Assembly (NCBI GenBank): GCA_038247415.1
Contig: JBBRUX010000034.1
Span: 1-44,489, forward strand
Source: Chitinivibrionales bacterium
GTDB lineage: Bacteria > Fibrobacterota > Chitinivibrionia > Chitinivibrionales > WJKA01
Length of the DNA: 44,489 bases
Direction of reading: 5' to 3'
In this document: positions 10,147 to 20,923 of the stretch, piece after piece
How the letters are laid out: every line of letters starts with the position of its first letter
Numbering within the stretch: position 1 is the stretch's first letter
Notes under the pieces: model-generated
What the model was told of the DNA's origin: nothing
Databases searched by the model: none
The model's input: only the letters and a program-made list of their open reading frames with translations
Program-made: the position numbers and the translations under genes

Positions 10147-10745
10147 GGATCCGGCGCTACCTCCGAAAGTCAGGGATACGCATGGAAACTGGGTTTGATT
10201 GAAACTGCCATGGGTCACACAGTTCTTAATAGATCGATAGGCGGAAACACCACTGCCGACCTTATGGGACGCTTCCAGATAGACCTTGTTCCCACCAAAC
10301 CGCGTTATGTCCTGATCGGCCTCTCTTTGGCAAACGAAGGCCTTACAGATCAGTCTAACGCTGCCGCGTGTCAGACCGTGTATGATCTCAGTATCTTAAA
10401 GGTATCAAGGATTTGGCAAAGAGGTGTCAGGATAGTGGTTACCAGCCCATTGTCGGTCTCTGTTATCCTAACAATGATTACACCGCACTCCATTACCTAT
10501 ATCTCAAGAAGATGAATGTCGCACTCAATGCAGAGGGTTTTTCGTCTGTTAATTTTCTTGGCGCATCAGACAACGGCAGTGGGCAGAGGGCAACTCTCTT
10601 GGCCAGTGTGTCTCAGGGCCGCAGCGACAAGGGTATGTTTGATGTGAGCGGAAAATACATGAAGGACTCTTTTCGGTCTACTGGTACTATGCTTGCGGTT
10701 GACAAGAGAACGGGAACAATGCGAGTTGTTCTGCGGCGCCCCTAG
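10147..10745 (+). pseudogene. SGNH/GDSL hydrolase remnant
   Basis: GSGA..QGYA, NRSIGGNTT (block II), IGLSLANEG (block III); frameshift near 10390; block I and DxxH missing; ends in an FDVSGK-type tail. Confidence 0.75.
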
Positions 10746-10928
10746 CGCTTGGGCGAAATCCATTGCTACATAAATCTAAAGCTGAGGTCACGAGGTGCGC
10801 ACCTAACCCCAGTGCTCACACAGATGCGGTTAGTAATGGTTAAAACTGACAGCGTCCAATGCGAGCGGGCCGCAAGACTTCGGCATGTGCAAAACCACAA
10901 CTACTGAATAAATCTTTTTCTGCTCGAT

Positions 10929-12212
10929 TCAATCGGCGCTCGCTGCCCTTCCCGAGCCGATTTTCAAGAGAAAATACGTTGACAAAGCAACCGATCCTAA
11001 AGCAGCAATTCCAAGAACCGAGAAACTCTGCGTCCCATTCCACACCACAGTGCTCAGCGCTGAGGCGATCAACATGCAGGGGATCGTGACTGCTGATATT
11101 ATTGACAAATATGTGGTTCGGTCGTGACTCGGTGACAGGGTGATGTTCATTGTGGAGCTTCCAATAAGATTGCATGAGCTTGACATCCCGTATAGGACAA
11201 ATACCGCCAGAACCTGCCACTGCGCATGCGCAAGGATCGCTCCTAAACACGTGACAATGAACAACACGCGACCGATAAACATCGGGGCGATTCCCCCATT
11301 GCGGTTCCCGAAAAGACCTGCGATCACGTTTCCCCCAATTGCTCCTACCATTTGTGCACTAACCAGGAGGCCAAGAAACGATGCGCTCATGCCGGTGACC
11401 TGCAACGAATGAATTGACATGAATGGTATCATGATCATTGAGCCATTCATAAGAGCACTCGATAGAATGTAGTTTGACAATCGGCGATCATTTCTCACAA
11501 GACCAGGCACGCGCCTCAGATTCTCGACCAGTGACCTCGTTTCGACATTGGAAACGGGTAACTTCGGCTCGTAGATAAACGAGAAGGCAATTGCAGATCC
11601 GATTCCGAAACCGAAGGCAATCAGGTAGAGCATGCCAAACCCGCTGAGACCGGGGTTTTTGGCCAGCACCACGGCAACCACACCGCCTGCAAGGATTCCT
11701 AGAAGTGTGCTGATGGTGTAGCGGGCGGCCCACATTGACGAAAGACGATCATGGGGAACGGTCTTTGCTACAAGCCCTTGCCATGCTGAAAGGGTTGTTC
11801 CGTTGCAGAGGCCAGCAAGAAACTGGGCGCCAACCACCACAACGATTGCAAGGCCAGCTCCTTGAGGCGAAATAAGAAGCAGAATCAATCCCGCTATGAG
11901 GAACAGCAGACGGCCCAAGAGGGCGGTTCCAAGTACGAGAGGTTTGAATTGTTGAAGACGCTCGAGTTTGTGCGCGGTAAAAAGCGGTGGGATCATAATC
12001 CCTAGTGTAAAGAGAACTGGCGTCAGTGAAATGAGCCAAGTTGGCCCGCCCAAGGATTTGATAAGTGGTGGGGCAATGGTATCTGCTGCAATAAAAGCCA
12101 TGCCTCCGCTCGCCAGCCCGCCTTCTATGCTGTGAGCCAGGTAGTTGCGCCAGAAATGACGCCGCATGGTCTCGTCAGTTGAAATTGTAGAGTCCGGTAG
12201 AGCTTGACTCAT
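10929..12212 (-). CDS. MFS transporter
   Basis: 427 aa with about 12 hydrophobic segments; W..LVAKTVP.DRL motif. Confidence 0.88.
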   Translation of the reverse strand: MSQALPDSTISTDETMRRHFWRNYLAHSIEGGLASGGMAFIAADTIAPPLIKSLGGPTWLISLTPVLFTLGIMIPPLFTAHKLERLQQFKPLVLGTALLGRLLFLIAGLILLLISPQGAGLAIVVVVGAQFLAGLCNGTTLSAWQGLVAKTVPHDRLSSMWAARYTISTLLGILAGGVVAVVLAKNPGLSGFGMLYLIAFGFGIGSAIAFSFIYEPKLPVSNVETRSLVENLRRVPGLVRNDRRLSNYILSSALMNGSMIMIPFMSIHSLQVTGMSASFLGLLVSAQMVGAIGGNVIAGLFGNRNGGIAPMFIGRVLFIVTCLGAILAHAQWQVLAVFVLYGMSSSCNLIGSSTMNITLSPSHDRTTYLSIISAVTIPCMLIASALSTVVWNGTQSFSVLGIAALGSVALSTYFLLKIGSGRAASAD

Positions 12213-12289
12213 GCATCAAATGCCTTTCCCAAAAAGCTGCGCAACCCGCTTGCTGCGCCGATGATGGCGATGTTCGGCTTCTTTGACAT
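12209..12289 (-). pseudogene. 26-codon remnant of a Rossmann-fold (GH4-like) gene
   Basis: RBS AAAGGAAA, then MSKKPNIAIIGAASGLRSFLGKAFDA*; stop overlaps the MFS ATG (ATGA). Confidence 0.5.
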
Positions 12290-12405
12290 CGTATTTCCTT
12301 TCAGAGGATCGTCCTTTTCATGATTTGTTTCATTGTTATAGAATCTACATTATTCACCACGGTGTTTGAACAATAGAAAAAAAATCCGGTATCAAATATA
12401 TTGAC

Positions 12406-13267
12406 ATGAGGCGGTACCGTAACGGCATGAAGAATAATCTCCCCGGCCGTTTCGATTGAAACCCAATCGTTATGCTCTTCGCTATGGGGAGGCTTATCAA
12501 TTCAAAATGCACTTACATGACGCTTTGTAAATCGGCTGCTGTCTCGAAGGGCAAGGAATTTTTCAGATAGGTGAGACTCTTTTTACGTTTCAGGCCGGGG
12601 ATGTTGTGGTGATTGCAGGCAATGAACCGCATTTGGCACGGGGAGAGCGGAGTCGATGGATTTGGGCCTTTCTTGATCCTGTCAAGCTCTTTCGTCCTTT
12701 CGTTAAGGATGCTCTGTTACTCGACAGCAAAAGTTTGCAAGGGCCAGGATTCGAGAACCTATTTCGCGACGCAGAATGGGCTTTCTTGCGTTTCCATATG
12801 CAGCGTCTCGCACAGATAACCGAATCTTCCGAGGCTGCATCCCGGGACACCATCAGGGCACATTGCATTAGCATGTTCGCCGGAATTGAGAGTCGTCGCA
12901 GCTTGGATAAAAGTACCGTGTATAACATCACCGTAATTGCTGACAAGATGCAACGTTTGGCTCCGCCCCTTCGTTATATCCAGGATCATTATGCTCAGAT
13001 TGTTGACATAACAGGTCTTGCCCGGGGTGCGCCATGAGACTGTCGGGGTTTCGTGCGCATTTCCGCGCCTGCATGGGACGCAATGTTTATCAGTATATTA
13101 TGGCTTATCGCATTCACTCTTCCATGATAGACTTAAAAAAAGGCGATCAGAATGTGGCGTTTGTGGCGGACAGAAATGGATTTCCCACACTGTCGTGCTT
13201 TTTGCGGAAATTCAAGAAGGCAACGGGCGTCGCACCGCGGAGTTGGGCGACATTACAAACCGAATAA
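12406..13267 (+). pseudogene. AraC family regulator (cupin plus HTH), disrupted
   Basis: MHLHDAL*IGCCLEGQG (TAA 12528-12530); frameshifts near 12590 and 13035; C-terminal VA...GF.TLS.F.R.FKKATG..P. Confidence 0.85.
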
Positions 13268-13336
13268 CAAAGAGTTAATCGTTACTATGAGAGAATCAAA
13301 GAAAGTGTTGTTTGTGAATTGATATTCTAATCAAAT

Positions 13337-13367
13337 AAAAAAGGCAAGCACGCATGGCTTGCCTTTT
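13337..13367. terminator. intrinsic terminator downstream of pfp
   Basis: AAAAGGCAAGC-N7-GCTTGCCTTTT. Confidence 0.85.
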
Positions 13368-13387
13368 GATGTGCAATGAGTGTTAGT

Positions 13388-15043
13388 TTACCTACGTTCG
13401 AGCTGCAATGTTATGGTCGTGAGATCGCATACTTCTGTTGGCCCAAAATATTGGATTGGACCGGGATACAAATAAGCATCCTCAAGTGCCCAGGTAGCCC
13501 GATTGGTAGCAAAATAGGCAAATGGTTTTCCATCAAGTTCAACCAATGCTTTTTTGATAACGGGCTTATTTTTTCCGTGCCGACGTTCGAGGTTCATCAT
13601 CATGGTAAGTGGAATACCGCTTGCAATCCATTTGTCGGCTGCTTGTATCGAATTTCGTATTGAAGAAATATAGCCAGTTTTTGAAGCTCCAACAAGTGCC
13701 GCAGCAGTAAACCCAAGCCCATAACAATAATCTGCATCGAAGTTGCTTGGAGCTGCGCACCGACCTTCGTAGCCAAAGAAATGAGCTTGACTACTAAACT
13801 TGCCCTTATAGGTCCCCTTGACTTTCCATTCGTGCAAGAGTTCGCCTACCATCTCGATAAGAAGCTTTTCGGTTTCGATACGTGATACCTGAACATTGCC
13901 ATGGGGATCACGATCTGCAAGAAGTTGCATTTGTATAGAACGTGGAAGGCTCGAGAATGCGTGAGAGGATTCTGCATCGAGCTTAGTGTTGATAAACTGG
14001 AATTTATCATCATCGTGATGGAGTGTATCTAAAAAAGCAGCGTATTCGGCAAGGAGATCGTTGAGATCCCCGATAAGTTTTTTAATTTCAGGAATAAATT
14101 CGATAAGACCTTCAGGAATGAGAACGATACCAAAATCCTTATTGGCCTCTGCACGAGTTTTGACCACAGTAGCAAGTTCAACTACAATTTCTCGAAGAGT
14201 TTTCTTTTTTTCTGCGATTTCTTCTGAAATAATGGTGAAGTTTGGATGCGTCTGGAATGCACATTCAAGCGCAATATGTGAAGCGCTTCGACCCATAAGC
14301 TTGATAAAATGCCAATATTTTTTTGCAGAATTGGCATCGCGCTGAATATTTCCAATAAGTTCGGAATACACTTTTGTTGCGGTATCAAATCCAAATGATG
14401 TTTCAATCCACTCGTTTTTAAGGTCTCCATCGATTGTTTTCGGGCAACCAATGACTGCGACACCGCTTTTTTTCTGAGCGCAATATTCAGCAAGCATACA
14501 TGCATTTGTATTTGAGTCGTCGCCACCAATCACGATAATTGCGATAATGCCAAGGCTTGTGCAATTTTTAATTACCACATCGAAATGCTCTTCGGTTTCA
14601 AGCTTTGTGCGTCCTGAACCTATAATATCGAATCCACCGGTGTTGCGGTAGGCATCGATAAAAGCGTCGTCAAATTTTACATATTTATTTTCGATAAGCC
14701 CAGAAGGCCCGCCCAAAAATCCGTAGAGTTCCGAGTTTACGTTGAGCTTTTTGATTCCATCATAAATGCCAGCAATTACGTTGTGACCCCCTGGCGCCTG
14801 TCCTCCTGATAGAATTACGCCTACTTTAACCGCGCTCGATACTGATCCCGCACCATCAAAGGTAATGACGGGAAGTCCGTAGGTATTAGGGAAAAGAGCC
14901 TTGATTTCTTCGCGATCTGCTACCGACTCTGTATTGGCGCCTAGATTTGCTTTTACCGACGAGCCAAATTGAATAAGCGACTTGGGAAGCTTTGGCTGAT
15001 ACGCAGCGCGTGCTTTTTGAAGCGGAGAGATGTTCTGAGACAT
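13388..15043 (-). CDS. pfp: pyrophosphate-dependent phosphofructokinase
   Basis: [21 protein letters not shown] (PPi-type GGDD), [20 protein letters not shown]; likely start MSQNISPLQ at 15043. Confidence 0.96.
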   Translation of the reverse strand: MSQNISPLQKARAAYQPKLPKSLIQFGSSVKANLGANTESVADREEIKALFPNTYGLPVITFDGAGSVSSAVKVGVILSGGQAPGGHNVIAGIYDGIKKLNVNSELYGFLGGPSGLIENKYVKFDDAFIDAYRNTGGFDIIGSGRTKLETEEHFDVVIKNCTSLGIIAIIVIGGDDSNTNACMLAEYCAQKKSGVAVIGCPKTIDGDLKNEWIETSFGFDTATKVYSELIGNIQRDANSAKKYWHFIKLMGRSASHIALECAFQTHPNFTIISEEIAEKKKTLREIVVELATVVKTRAEANKDFGIVLIPEGLIEFIPEIKKLIGDLNDLLAEYAAFLDTLHHDDDKFQFINTKLDAESSHAFSSLPRSIQMQLLADRDPHGNVQVSRIETEKLLIEMVGELLHEWKVKGTYKGKFSSQAHFFGYEGRCAAPSNFDADYCYGLGFTAAALVGASKTGYISSIRNSIQAADKWIASGIPLTMMMNLERRHGKNKPVIKKALVELDGKPFAYFATNRATWALEDAYLYPGPIQYFGPTEVCDLTTITLQLERR

Positions 15044-15451
15044 AATAAATGCCCTTTTTGGATTAATGAAGGATGTGAATAATGGTGCCATCATACGGCA
15101 GCCATAAAAATAGTCCGTTTAAAAATACATTTGACCACAAAAAATGGGGGATTAAGCCTTTGGATTAAATAGGCATCAGCAATCCCCTTGTGATGAACTT
15201 GGTACGCTGAGGTATAGGATCAGACTTTAATTGCATGTGAGATGACAAGGTCGGCATGATCAAAAATAATTATGAAGACATGCAAATCGTTTTTTATCAA
15301 TTAATCCCGATTCACGCTCAGGCATCCTAAGCCACCGTTTTCTATCTATAATTTGGGTCAGATGCTATTTTAAACCCTCATCGTCCTGTCGCCTTCCCGC
15401 ATATCGGGCTGCCCCGACGCATACTTACTATTTAAGAAAAGAGCTGCTTTC

Positions 15452-17437
15452 ATGCGCTATTCAATTCTTGGGAACACCGGGTTGCAAGCATCAGTCCTAG
15501 GTTTTGGTTGCATGCGGCTACCCATGAAAAACGGCCTTGTCAATCGCGAAAAATCCACTCCGTTGCTTCTTCGTGCGGTGGAGCTCGGTGTCAACTTTTT
15601 CGATACCGCTGTTTTCTACTGTAACTCCGACAGCCAGGCAGCAGTGGGCGATGCCATGCTTGGCATTCGCAATAAGGTTGTTTTGTCAACAAAGAACCAT
15701 CTGCGTGCAAATCCGGTTGCCGAGTGGCGCACAGTGCTCGAAGATTCTCTTCGCCTGCTGCAAACCGATTACATCGACATCTATAATATTCATGGTCTTA
15801 ACTGGAAAGATTTTGTGGAACATTTCGATCCTGCCAAAGGCGGCAAGGTTGCTGAGATGCTGCGTGCCCGAGAAGAGGGTCTGATCCGTCATGTAGCATT
15901 CAGTTTTCATGATACGCCAGAAAACCTTGTCAAATGCATTGACACTGGGTACTTCGAAAATGTTATTCTCCAGTATAACCTGCTAGATCAGGCAAACGCG
16001 CAGGCAATGCATCATGCACGGGAAAAGGGTCTTGGCGTTGTGGTAATGGGGCCAGTGGGGGGTGGGAAGCTTGGGCTGCCCAGCGAACGTATTAGCGAGC
16101 TGTGTGGGGGGGATACTCACTCCACACCTGAGGCTGCCTTGCGATTTGTATGGGGGCATCCTGCTGTCAATGTTGCGCTTTCGGGTATGGAGAACCTGGC
16201 GATGCTTGAGGAGAATGTCCGTATTGCCGATCAGACCGAACCTTTTTCTGCAAAGCAGCTCCAGGCACTCGATCGAATGGTCGAGGATCGAAAAAGCAAA
16301 AGCGGCCTCTATTGCTCGGGCTGTGGGTACTGCCTTCCTGTCTGTCCGCAGGATGTCAATATTCCCGAAAATCTCAATCTGCTGAACCGGCACCTTATAT
16401 TTGGGCTTTCGAAGCTCTCTAAAGACGCCTACAACTATTTCGGTGGCAAGGCTGCCGATTGCATTGCCTGCGGAGCATGCGAACCAAAATGCCCCCAAAA
16501 GATTCATATCCGCGACCGGCTCAAAGAGACAGCACTTGCTCTTGACTCTCGGGCTGGATCGGTAGTAGTTAATGCAGCCATAACGTCTGTTGAGAACAAT
16601 TGCTTTACAGCTTGTGTGGAAACGCAAAACTTTGGAGACAAGCCATATGATATTTCAGTTCGGATTGAGCCGGTTTCTGAACTTGATTCCTCTACGGTTA
16701 CAAAGTTCTTTCCTGCGCTAGCACCCATGAAGCAGGGAAAACTGTCTTTTCAAGGCACCATTCCGGCCAATTGTGAAATTAATTACCAGGCCCACCTAGA
16801 ATACAATGGCGCCAACCATGTGATAGAGGGGCCCTGCCGATCAATCCTTCTGAGTAAAGGACTTTCCGATACTTGGGAGAGTGGGCCATGGTTTCGCAAG
16901 GATGCCACGGCATCGGAATTCGAAGCGTTTCCCGCTCTGGCACCGCTGCATGGGTTTTTATTCAAACTCAGCTATGACGAATCGGGCTTGCTGCTTATGG
17001 TTGATGTGAGGGACGACTTTCTCTTTCCTAGCAAAGAGGAATCGCATAAGGGTCTGCTTATTGACAACCTTGAAATATTTCTTGATGGCCGCGGTCCCGA
17101 CCGGATCGGACGCCGAAGCTATGAGCAGGGTGTGTGTCAACTTTTTCTCTACCCAGGAACTCCCGGAGAGTATCCAGCTTTTGTCAACTCACACCAAAAG
17201 GTCGACGTGCAAAAAATCCGGATCGAAGGAACCCCAGCACCTCAAGGCTACCGGATAAAAGCGTTTATCCCCTTTGATTTTTTCTGCACCGGTACAGGAA
17301 TTCCAAAACAGATTGGTTTCGATATCGCAGCCGACACTGCCGATGCAGATGGAAACCGGATAGCGCACTATATTTACGCAGGAACATCGCAGAACTGGCA
17401 GGACGCCTCTGCATTCAAGGATATTTGGCTCGTGTAG
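15452..17437 (+). CDS. aldo/keto reductase with 4Fe-4S dicluster and C-terminal CBM9/DOMON-like domain
   Basis: LGFGCMRLP, FDTA..Y, CSGCGYCLPVCPQ and CIACGACEPKCPQ; C-terminal DVRDD...DNLEIFLD...GY.I...IPF...IGFDIA. Confidence 0.85.
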   Translation: MRYSILGNTGLQASVLGFGCMRLPMKNGLVNREKSTPLLLRAVELGVNFFDTAVFYCNSDSQAAVGDAMLGIRNKVVLSTKNHLRANPVAEWRTVLEDSLRLLQTDYIDIYNIHGLNWKDFVEHFDPAKGGKVAEMLRAREEGLIRHVAFSFHDTPENLVKCIDTGYFENVILQYNLLDQANAQAMHHAREKGLGVVVMGPVGGGKLGLPSERISELCGGDTHSTPEAALRFVWGHPAVNVALSGMENLAMLEENVRIADQTEPFSAKQLQALDRMVEDRKSKSGLYCSGCGYCLPVCPQDVNIPENLNLLNRHLIFGLSKLSKDAYNYFGGKAADCIACGACEPKCPQKIHIRDRLKETALALDSRAGSVVVNAAITSVENNCFTACVETQNFGDKPYDISVRIEPVSELDSSTVTKFFPALAPMKQGKLSFQGTIPANCEINYQAHLEYNGANHVIEGPCRSILLSKGLSDTWESGPWFRKDATASEFEAFPALAPLHGFLFKLSYDESGLLLMVDVRDDFLFPSKEESHKGLLIDNLEIFLDGRGPDRIGRRSYEQGVCQLFLYPGTPGEYPAFVNSHQKVDVQKIRIEGTPAPQGYRIKAFIPFDFFCTGTGIPKQIGFDIAADTADADGNRIAHYIYAGTSQNWQDASAFKDIWLV

Positions 17438-17479
17438 CGAGGGTTCGCTTTGCTTGGGGAGTGAGCCAGTGTCTTCTCA

Positions 17480-18442
17480 TCAGGAACGTGTGCTCTCCCA
17501 GTGCCACGGACTAAAAAAGGCAATTCGTATAACCTCTCCGTCAATAAAAATCGGCAGCCAAACATACGTCGATTCGCTCACATTTTCAATCTTCCATCGG
17601 TCCGCTACACCAATGATAATATCGGGCCGGTTTCTTGGTGAAAACACAGCACTGAATTGTGAATCGAACGAGGTATGCTTTGTATCGCTGCAACAAGGAT
17701 CTCCCATCACCTTCCAGGGGCCATGGATCAGGTCTGCAACAGCATATTCCGATTGATTGGGGGAATAGCCCGTTGTGGCGGATGTAATCATGTAATAACG
17801 GCTTTTATACTTGAAAAAAGCAGGTGCCTCGCGCCCAAGAGGCGGGCCTGGTTGTGGAAAGTGGCACGAATAGTGACCAGTAACATTCAGGTAGTCATCG
17901 GTTAAATCTGCAATGACTATTTCTGTATGTGGCCGTTGAAAAATTACATATGCTTTTTGGTCGCGATCCTCGATGTAAAGATTAAAGTCTCCGCAGTGCA
18001 TACTCAGAGGTTTGAATACATTGACAAGCTTAAAAGGTCCCGTAATCCGATCGGATGTGGCAATGCCCATAGAGCTATCATCCCAATTGGTTGGCGTATC
18101 ATTGGTGCCTACAAGCTTCATCCACATAACATAGGTTCGGTTTTTTTTATTGTAAATAATATGTGGGCGGTCCATGATGCGCGTTGGATGCAGCGGATGC
18201 ATTGGATCATTCTCGACAGGCGGTAAAATCAACCCTTCATTCTTCCAATTGTAGAGGTCGTAGGAGGAATACATCTTTACGCCAAAATGCCAGTGCTTAG
18301 ACCCGGGTATCGTAGTCTCTTTGTTTTCTCCGTAGAAATAATAGTTGTCTTCGGCTACAAAAACCTTGCCGCCATGCGCGTGGATTGGCTTTCCATCGGT
18401 ATCCAGCCATTCTTGTCCGGGCTTAAAATTCGTGTACGACAT
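17480..18442 (-). CDS. glycoside hydrolase family 43 (GH43_24/CtGH43-like, putative beta-1,3-galactanase), no signal peptide
   Basis: WLDTDGKPIHAHGG, YSS.DLYNW, DRPHIIYN, REAPA, SFDSQ, ADRW, YVWLP. Confidence 0.9.
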   Translation of the reverse strand: MSYTNFKPGQEWLDTDGKPIHAHGGKVFVAEDNYYFYGENKETTIPGSKHWHFGVKMYSSYDLYNWKNEGLILPPVENDPMHPLHPTRIMDRPHIIYNKKNRTYVMWMKLVGTNDTPTNWDDSSMGIATSDRITGPFKLVNVFKPLSMHCGDFNLYIEDRDQKAYVIFQRPHTEIVIADLTDDYLNVTGHYSCHFPQPGPPLGREAPAFFKYKSRYYMITSATTGYSPNQSEYAVADLIHGPWKVMGDPCCSDTKHTSFDSQFSAVFSPRNRPDIIIGVADRWKIENVSESTYVWLPIFIDGEVIRIAFFSPWHWESTRS

Positions 18443-18509
18443 GCAATCCTCTTTCTAACGTGATAGAGCTTTTGTTTGTTCGAGCTTTCTGCTTGCTTGA
18501 AAAAGCACT

Positions 18510-19175
18510 TCAATTACGGATCGCTCTGGTGGGTGATGTAATCACAATAGCCTGCATCGAGGCTTTGCCTGCAGTCCCACTAGTCTGCTTGGTAAAAGCA
18601 GGAAGGATTTTTCCGTTAGTAGCAAAGAATAATGCCCCGCCTGCAGGTGCTTTTCCAGTAAAATTCAAAAGCATATTACCTTTTTGACCAAGTAGTTCAG
18701 GAGATCCATTAACAGAGTGCAATGCTTCCCGCAGGATGTTAGCAGAGCGATTGCGAATCATGAAAATACTAGATGTTCCCATAACCTGCTTGGTGTCATA
18801 GGTAGAGATCTTTATCATACAGGCATCACCCAGCGTGCTCATAGCTTTCGTACCACTATGCATTGAATCGGGGATTATCCAGTTATAATGTTTCTTTACA
18901 CTAACGCTATCCACTCCATTGAGAGCTACGGGCAGAAAGATCCAGTCTTTTCCATTATTATTGCTAAACGACATCGTGTTTTTCGTTAGATGTATGCTTG
19001 TGTCGGGCATATCAAACTGGACTAAGACGGTATCGCCTACGAAGTGAACTGTGTTGGCTACTGGATACGAAAAAACAATGTCATTTTCTCCGGCAGCAGA
19101 CTGATTCACAAGAATTGTCACACTGATGATATAAACTAATGTGAGCTGTTTGAAAAAACTAATATTCATACGCAT
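18510..19175 (-). CDS. hypothetical secreted protein with Ig-like domain
   Basis: RBS GAGGA; signal peptide; YP......VGDTV.V.F...S.NNGK.W...YNW.IP pattern. Confidence 0.7.
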   Translation of the reverse strand: MRMNISFFKQLTLVYIISVTILVNQSAAGENDIVFSYPVANTVHFVGDTVLVQFDMPDTSIHLTKNTMSFSNNNGKDWIFLPVALNGVDSVSVKKHYNWIIPDSMHSGTKAMSTLGDACMIKISTYDTKQVMGTSSIFMIRNRSANILREALHSVNGSPELLGQKGNMLLNFTGKAPAGGALFFATNGKILPAFTKQTSGTAGKASMQAIVITSPTRAIRN

Positions 19176-19228
19176 AAAGATCCTCACTGTTGCTAGAGTG
19201 TTTTATTCTGAGTACTTGAGTATTCATG

Positions 19229-20710
19229 TTATCGTCCGCACGATACGACTACCTGGACGCGTCTGTCGCCTTGCGAAATAGATACAATGTAAACACCTGT
19301 CCCAAATCCACGTGTGTCAATAATATTTTTGCCTACTATGGTTTTTACAATACTTCCCTGAGAGTCAATGACATTGATTGAGACAGGCTCAATTCCGTTT
19401 GTTCCAACGATCACCTGAGAACCTCTTCGAACTACGGACAACCTTGGGAGCTGGGCTGTGTGGTTTTGCGCAAGAGCTCTTGTGGTGGTGCAAGGATTTC
19501 CATACGTTGTCCCATTGCAGATCCATCCATCACCGGTGTACTGCATATAGCGGGGGTCCGCGCCGACCATGATCGATTTTTCCTGCGTCTTGAAGTCAGC
19601 GGCAAATTTACCAATAAAGAACTTGGGGACCTTGATCAAACTGAGCTTCTGTACCGAAGCTGCTGATAGTCCCCACAAGGATGATCCGTTATCGTTCATC
19701 CATCCCTCATCACTCTGGTCATTGGGGTTGGCACAATAATTCTCAAAATTGTCTCCCATTGGGCATTGGGCGGTGAGGTACTGCACATGGTTGGTCCAGC
19801 GCGGTGCCATAAAGTCCATGACGGTTTCTTTATTCGGATTCGGCACGCCGGCAAGATTAATACTGAGATTGACGAACCAATTTGTGTTGTCCTGCAAGTC
19901 CGAGCCAAACATCATAATGCCCAGGTGGTCGTCTTCACAATGAAAAAAGCGATAGCTGTTGTCGGGAGCCAGGTTAGGCTGACAGCCGAACATGCCGTTA
20001 TGGCGATCTAACAGGTTACCGGTGGCGATGTCGAGGATTTTGGTATCGGGCCATGGAAAGGCTGCCCCAAGTTTCTTTCCGTCGGCGGAGACGCTGATGC
20101 CCCCGACAATATAGGCGGCGCTGTTGATCTTCACTTTGGTCGCGGCGCCTGCAGTGCCATCGGCGTTGACCTTGAATCTCCAAATTGCGGTGCTTCCCTT
20201 GTCTGTGTTATCGGTAGCGAAAACATATTCATCGCCGTTCGCAGGGTCAATCCACCAGCAGTTTGCATAATAGTAGGCAGAGGTGGTTGTAGCGTCAAGC
20301 AGTACCTTCTTAACGGGTGTACTGGTCGTCAAATCTACGATGTAGCTCTTTTTATCCTCGGTAAAGGTCGCCCACTTGCCCGAGCGGGAGATACGGGGCT
20401 CGCCGGCGTTTTTCAGTCCCGTGGCCAGGGCGCGCTCCGTACCTTCGCGGGTATCCATGAGCATCAGCGACATTCCTTCGGCGACGGCTGCTGCCTTTGT
20501 TTTTGGCTGGTAGTTCTCGTTACACCATGCCCACCGAGGCCACACAAACTTGGCATGCGCGCCACCGAGGAAGGTGACGATCGAGTCGGTCTTGGGCGAT
20601 GCTTGAAGGCTCTGCGGGATTAATGCTGCCGAAAAGGCACATGCAGCTGTAATGAGCAGGGCATTTCGTTTTAGACTTTTTGCTAGTGAGCCGACAGGAT
20701 GTTTAGACAT
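19229..20710 (-). CDS. secreted TolB-like beta-propeller protein with T9SS-type C-terminal sorting domain
   Basis: RBS AAGGAG; signal peptide; PRISRSGKW, SVSADGKK, PNLAPDNS blade motifs; tail VSINVIDSQGSIVK...IDTRGFGTGVYIV. Confidence 0.72.
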   Translation of the reverse strand: MSKHPVGSLAKSLKRNALLITAACAFSAALIPQSLQASPKTDSIVTFLGGAHAKFVWPRWAWCNENYQPKTKAAAVAEGMSLMLMDTREGTERALATGLKNAGEPRISRSGKWATFTEDKKSYIVDLTTSTPVKKVLLDATTTSAYYYANCWWIDPANGDEYVFATDNTDKGSTAIWRFKVNADGTAGAATKVKINSAAYIVGGISVSADGKKLGAAFPWPDTKILDIATGNLLDRHNGMFGCQPNLAPDNSYRFFHCEDDHLGIMMFGSDLQDNTNWFVNLSINLAGVPNPNKETVMDFMAPRWTNHVQYLTAQCPMGDNFENYCANPNDQSDEGWMNDNGSSLWGLSAASVQKLSLIKVPKFFIGKFAADFKTQEKSIMVGADPRYMQYTGDGWICNGTTYGNPCTTTRALAQNHTAQLPRLSVVRRGSQVIVGTNGIEPVSINVIDSQGSIVKTIVGKNIIDTRGFGTGVYIVSISQGDRRVQVVVSCGR

Positions 20711-20923
20711 AACGTCTCCTTTAAGAAAATTGTTTTTATTTTGGATAACATGTTTAATGATAGAGCTAGACCTGACTTGGGTGCTCAAGAAACACTTTCA
20801 CTGTGAAATAGGATACCAATAAAGAATTTCTTAAACCATTTTATATAACAGATTAGATGCTATTTGATATATATATTTATATTTCAAAGTTGGTGTCATG
20901 CTTGATTCAATAAGGAAATACTG

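Noticed and set aside
10797..10836. ACCTAAC...GTTAGTA as another attC site
   Set aside because: Only about 35 bp, with no convincing inner arms
15095..15451. Possible riboswitch or ncRNA in the pfp/AKR divergent spacer (GGGGATT...AATCCCC hairpin)
   Set aside because: No recognisable aptamer consensus; a single loose hairpin is insufficient without an Rfam search
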